Assembly (NCBI GenBank): GCA_050952625.1
Contig: JBMNLH010000001.1
Span: 1,669,503-1,733,502 of the forward strand
Reading direction: 5' to 3'
Source of the DNA: Bacillota bacterium
GTDB lineage: Bacteria; Bacillota; Ch66; Ch109
DNA: 64,000 bases
Shown here: positions 61,006 to 64,000 of the stretch, piece after piece
Numbering within the stretch: the first letter of the stretch is position 1
Layout: the number at the start of each line of letters is the position of its first letter
Notes under the pieces: generated by a model
Seen by the model: only the letters and a program-made list of their open reading frames with translations
Database searches by the model: none
What the model was told of the DNA's origin: nothing
Translations under genes and position numbers: made by a program

Positions 61006-62004
61006 TCAGTTTATTTGTTCAAAAATAGCCTTCGAATACCCTTCTATATCTCCAGGAGTGAGCATGCAGAATTTTTCTTTCACAGCAAAGAAATATTCCC
61101 CTATCAATTCTTTAGATATTATACGATTAGAATGCGCATCCACCGGCAGTCCGCCTCTAGTATGCCGCCATGGCTTCTCCAGATGCGTAAACTTTTCTAA
61201 TATCTTTCCGCTATAACAGCAGACGCTTTTAATGACGCTATCCAGTATCGCTTTTTCAGAGGTTTCAAAAACCGATTCGTCGAAAGCTTCAACACTTTCA
61301 ATAGGGTCAAATCGATAGGATGAATACCTGTTATACACATCCCTGTAAACTGGTCCATGAACCCATGCCTCACAGTCTTCGTCAAAAAGAAAACGTCCTT
61401 CAAAAGCGTAATAAAAGCCCTGGACATAATATAACGCTTTTTGTAAAGCCAATGGAGTAATGTCCTCACATTTATAAAGCATATATTGAATAATTAAGTC
61501 CAGCTTTGAACCTGTATTGTTTTCTTCTCCAAGCAGTTCCTGCACCTTCCGCCTACTTTTTTCATATGCCTGCAAAGATTTTAGATTACCCTTATTTTTC
61601 TCCAGTAATTCTTTATAAAATGCCGGATCATCATAAATCTTTTGCAGGATATCCGAATACTGTTTTGTAGGCATATCACCTTCACAATATCTCGAAAAAG
61701 TCATTTCTCCCCAACCTAAAAGCAATGACAGCGGCCGTTTTCCAATATTGTATTTTTGAGGAATTTCTAATATCTTCTCCAGCGAAATAATGCCATTATT
61801 TTGACGGTAAATATCATACAAGGCTTTCAGGTTTTCGTCCTCTATATCCGCTACATAGACTTCGCTCCCACATTCCGTACAAACAGCCTTCTTTCCGGTG
61901 AACGGATATTCTTCACCTTTAAGCTTTCCCTTAATTGATGCAGTTTCTACCATGTATTCAACATCTCTTCTGCATTCCTCGCAAAATGTCTTATTTCTAT
62001 TCAT
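61006..62004 (-). CDS. MqsA-type zinc finger + HTH + Panacea (DUF4065) antitoxin
   Basis: CEEC...CTEC, LSLLLGWGEMTFSRY, LQKALYY, EAWVHGPV, THLEKPW. Confidence 0.88.
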   Translation of the reverse strand: MNRNKTFCEECRRDVEYMVETASIKGKLKGEEYPFTGKKAVCTECGSEVYVADIEDENLKALYDIYRQNNGIISLEKILEIPQKYNIGKRPLSLLLGWGEMTFSRYCEGDMPTKQYSDILQKIYDDPAFYKELLEKNKGNLKSLQAYEKSRRKVQELLGEENNTGSKLDLIIQYMLYKCEDITPLALQKALYYVQGFYYAFEGRFLFDEDCEAWVHGPVYRDVYNRYSSYRFDPIESVEAFDESVFETSEKAILDSVIKSVCCYSGKILEKFTHLEKPWRHTRGGLPVDAHSNRIISKELIGEYFFAVKEKFCMLTPGDIEGYSKAIFEQIN

Positions 62005-62034
62005 AAGGTGACCTCCTTTCAAACTTTCTATTGA

Positions 62035-62445
62035 TCATCGGAAAAAATAATCAATCGGCTTGTTTCGCTTATGAAACGATATGACAACTACTCGTTTTCT
62101 GCTTTCATTGTCAATGAGGTTAAATTTGGTATAAATATCTACTAGCTCCTCAATGCCATCAAAGTTAAATAACATAACCCGGGGACAAAATACATATAAA
62201 ACCTCATGTTCAAATCCTATTTTTGTATTTTGCAACGAATGGCAGAAATCTTCTGTTTTAATTTTTAGTAAAATCTCTTTTTGCCTTCTGCTATTTAGGT
62301 TATATTCATTTATAAACTCTATGTTTTCTTGTCTGTTCTCATTTTTTGATATAATGAATCTGCCCTCTCTAATACAGTCTTGTATCACTGCCAAAATCAC
62401 ATCAATCTGTTCCCGGATATAGTTCTGATTATAGTGCTGATTCAT
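62035..62445 (-). CDS. MqsR/RelE-like toxin
   Basis: NRQEN..F, LYVF, IYTKF, VVISFH; upstream of the antitoxin. Confidence 0.7.
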   Translation of the reverse strand: MNQHYNQNYIREQIDVILAVIQDCIREGRFIISKNENRQENIEFINEYNLNSRRQKEILLKIKTEDFCHSLQNTKIGFEHEVLYVFCPRVMLFNFDGIEELVDIYTKFNLIDNESRKRVVVISFHKRNKPIDYFFR

Positions 62446-62732
62446 TGCATCACCTCTTTGTGATACAATGATACTATATTATATGTAATTTTTCAAGTTC
62501 TATGCATCAATTAGTGCATTTTTATAATCGTGCAATGTAGTAGGCTATCTAATCTGTCAACTCAACCCAATCACTTTCAGGGTAGTTGATATGTTACCCC
62601 AACAATAAAAATAAGGGTTTCCTGGCATTATACCTCCGGCAATACAGCCCAGAAAAACTTAATATCAGGAAACCCTTATCTTTATTATCAGTATTTTTGT
62701 ATCACAGAATTATTTACACTCCCAGAAGAAAA

Positions 62733-63107
62733 TCAGACCAACAAAGGTCGATATTCGATGCCGAGCGCAGCTTTCCAACCGGCTTCATTAAATCCTACCA
62801 GTACAAAACTGTCACCAATGAGAATTGGACGCTTTACAATCATACCGTCTGATGCCAGAAGGTTATACTGTTCATCCTCGCTCATGGCAGGGAGCTTGTC
62901 TTTCAGCTTCAGTTCCTTATACAGCAGTCCGCTGGTACTGAAAAATTTTTTCAGCGGCAGACCGCTCATTTTATGCCAATCCTTCAATTCCTCCATTGAA
63001 GGATTATTTTCTTTGATATGCCTTTCTTCAAAGGTAACGCCATTTGCCTCCAGCCACTTCTTGGCCTTCTGGCAAGTGGTGCATTTCGGATAACATAAGA
63101 ATACCAT
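62733..63107 (-). CDS. ArsC/Spx/MgsR family protein
   Basis: YPKCTTCQKAKKWL, GMIVKRP, VGF. Confidence 0.9.
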   Translation of the reverse strand: MVFLCYPKCTTCQKAKKWLEANGVTFEERHIKENNPSMEELKDWHKMSGLPLKKFFSTSGLLYKELKLKDKLPAMSEDEQYNLLASDGMIVKRPILIGDSFVLVGFNEAGWKAALGIEYRPLLV

Positions 63108-63212
63108 AATGTATCTCCTTTCTCTCTTTCAGCAGCACTCTACTCTACAAATTTTGCTATCTTACGTATCAATTCAGTATCCACTGCAACTCAACCTATC
63201 TATTTTGGGACT

Positions 63213-63348
63213 TAAAAACATACACTCGCTATGTTCCCGTGTACGCATTTTGACACTATAGTTCAAGTAGATATGACTGAATGTAATCCATCGAACCCAG
63301 TAAAATCAAGGCTTACACCCTTGACATCAATATTACGCACTCCACATG
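63213..63348 (-). repeat. Third copy of the rlmD 3'-end/attL module
   Basis: Minus strand HVECVILMSRV-stop, then GCCTTGATTTTACTGGGTT; colinear with 46073..46215. Confidence 0.8.
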
Positions 63349-63611
63349 GCGCAAGTTGATGGAATTGATGTCATTCCAACCTGCCCGTACTCCCATCAAT
63401 CTGCCTATAATCCTCTTTGATAATTGCGCTTGCGGGATACTGGTTTTTTACGAGCGAGCCTGAAATCAACTTATTGAAAAATGATACAGCACCCCTTACA
63501 ACCGTGCCAAGAGAAATATAAATTACCGAGCATTTTTTATATTCCCAATTATTAGAATTCTCAATCCCCTATTATTATGTTAACGTATTACACGTGCTTT
63601 CTCCAAATTTA

Positions 63612-63965
63612 TTAGGGGGCTATATAGAACCCACTCTCTACACAAATTTTCCATTTACCACAGTTAAGCCGAATCTCGCCTGGCATGTATTTCTCTTTGT
63701 TAATCATTACCTCTGCCCATTGCTGTGATCCATGTTGTTTTTCTCGATTAACTTTGGTTGCCCAAGTTAGATATCGACGGTAATTGATGTTTTTGGCTTC
63801 GCACCAAGCTTTTGCAGTCATCCCACTGGCCCGGCATTCTGCCACCAATGACCGTTGTTCGTTTATGTCCATCTAATACCCCCATGTCTTATTTTCTTAG
63901 TTTCATGGAGATATTTTCTCACGGTTAGGGTATGTTGACCATGCACCTGAATATTGAGCACTTAC
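63612..63965 (-). mobile_element. IS66-family remnant: left end and tnpA-like ORF (63612..63872)
   Basis: GTAAGTGCTC end at 63965; ECRASGMTAKAWC; tnpB and tnpC absent. Confidence 0.75.
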
Positions 63966-64000
63966 GAATCAACACACATTAACATTATTCAACCATAAAA

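Noticed and set aside
1-64000. tRNA, rRNA, riboswitch or CRISPR array
   Set aside because: None recognised by eye; an Infernal/Rfam scan is needed to exclude small structured RNAs

Overview
Chromosomal window of a Gram-positive anaerobe, probably Clostridia/Peptococcaceae-like (inferred from gene content). 1-17.3 kb is mostly housekeeping or accessory: Rpn and Xer remnants, a WYL regulator, a GGDEF protein, yigZ, a complete phoP-phoR-pstCAB-phoU-pstS locus, an MFS transporter, a SAM methyltransferase, a class V aminotransferase and an uncharacterised small-protein + two-V4R operon. About 20.2-50.9 kb is a composite defence island at the 3' end of rlmD, marked by several rlmD-like att scars. 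It carries IetAS, a DUF499-DUF3780-DUF1156-PLD/helicase (Gao_RL-type) system, a broken serine recombinase, a broken IS21, two inverted copies of a four-gene DUF6431/DDE/AAA transposon, and a six-gene cassette (RHH-like, nuclease-like, SIR2-like, AbiJ-like and two unknown membrane proteins). About 52.8-64 kb is a second island remnant: deleted Type III RM with intact res, RhuM, a D,D-carboxypeptidase, two TA pairs, an ArsC/Spx protein and an IS66 stub. No rRNA, tRNA or CRISPR array was seen. Several frameshifts are single-base insertions and may be sequencing errors. All family calls come from motif recognition by eye, not from database searches.
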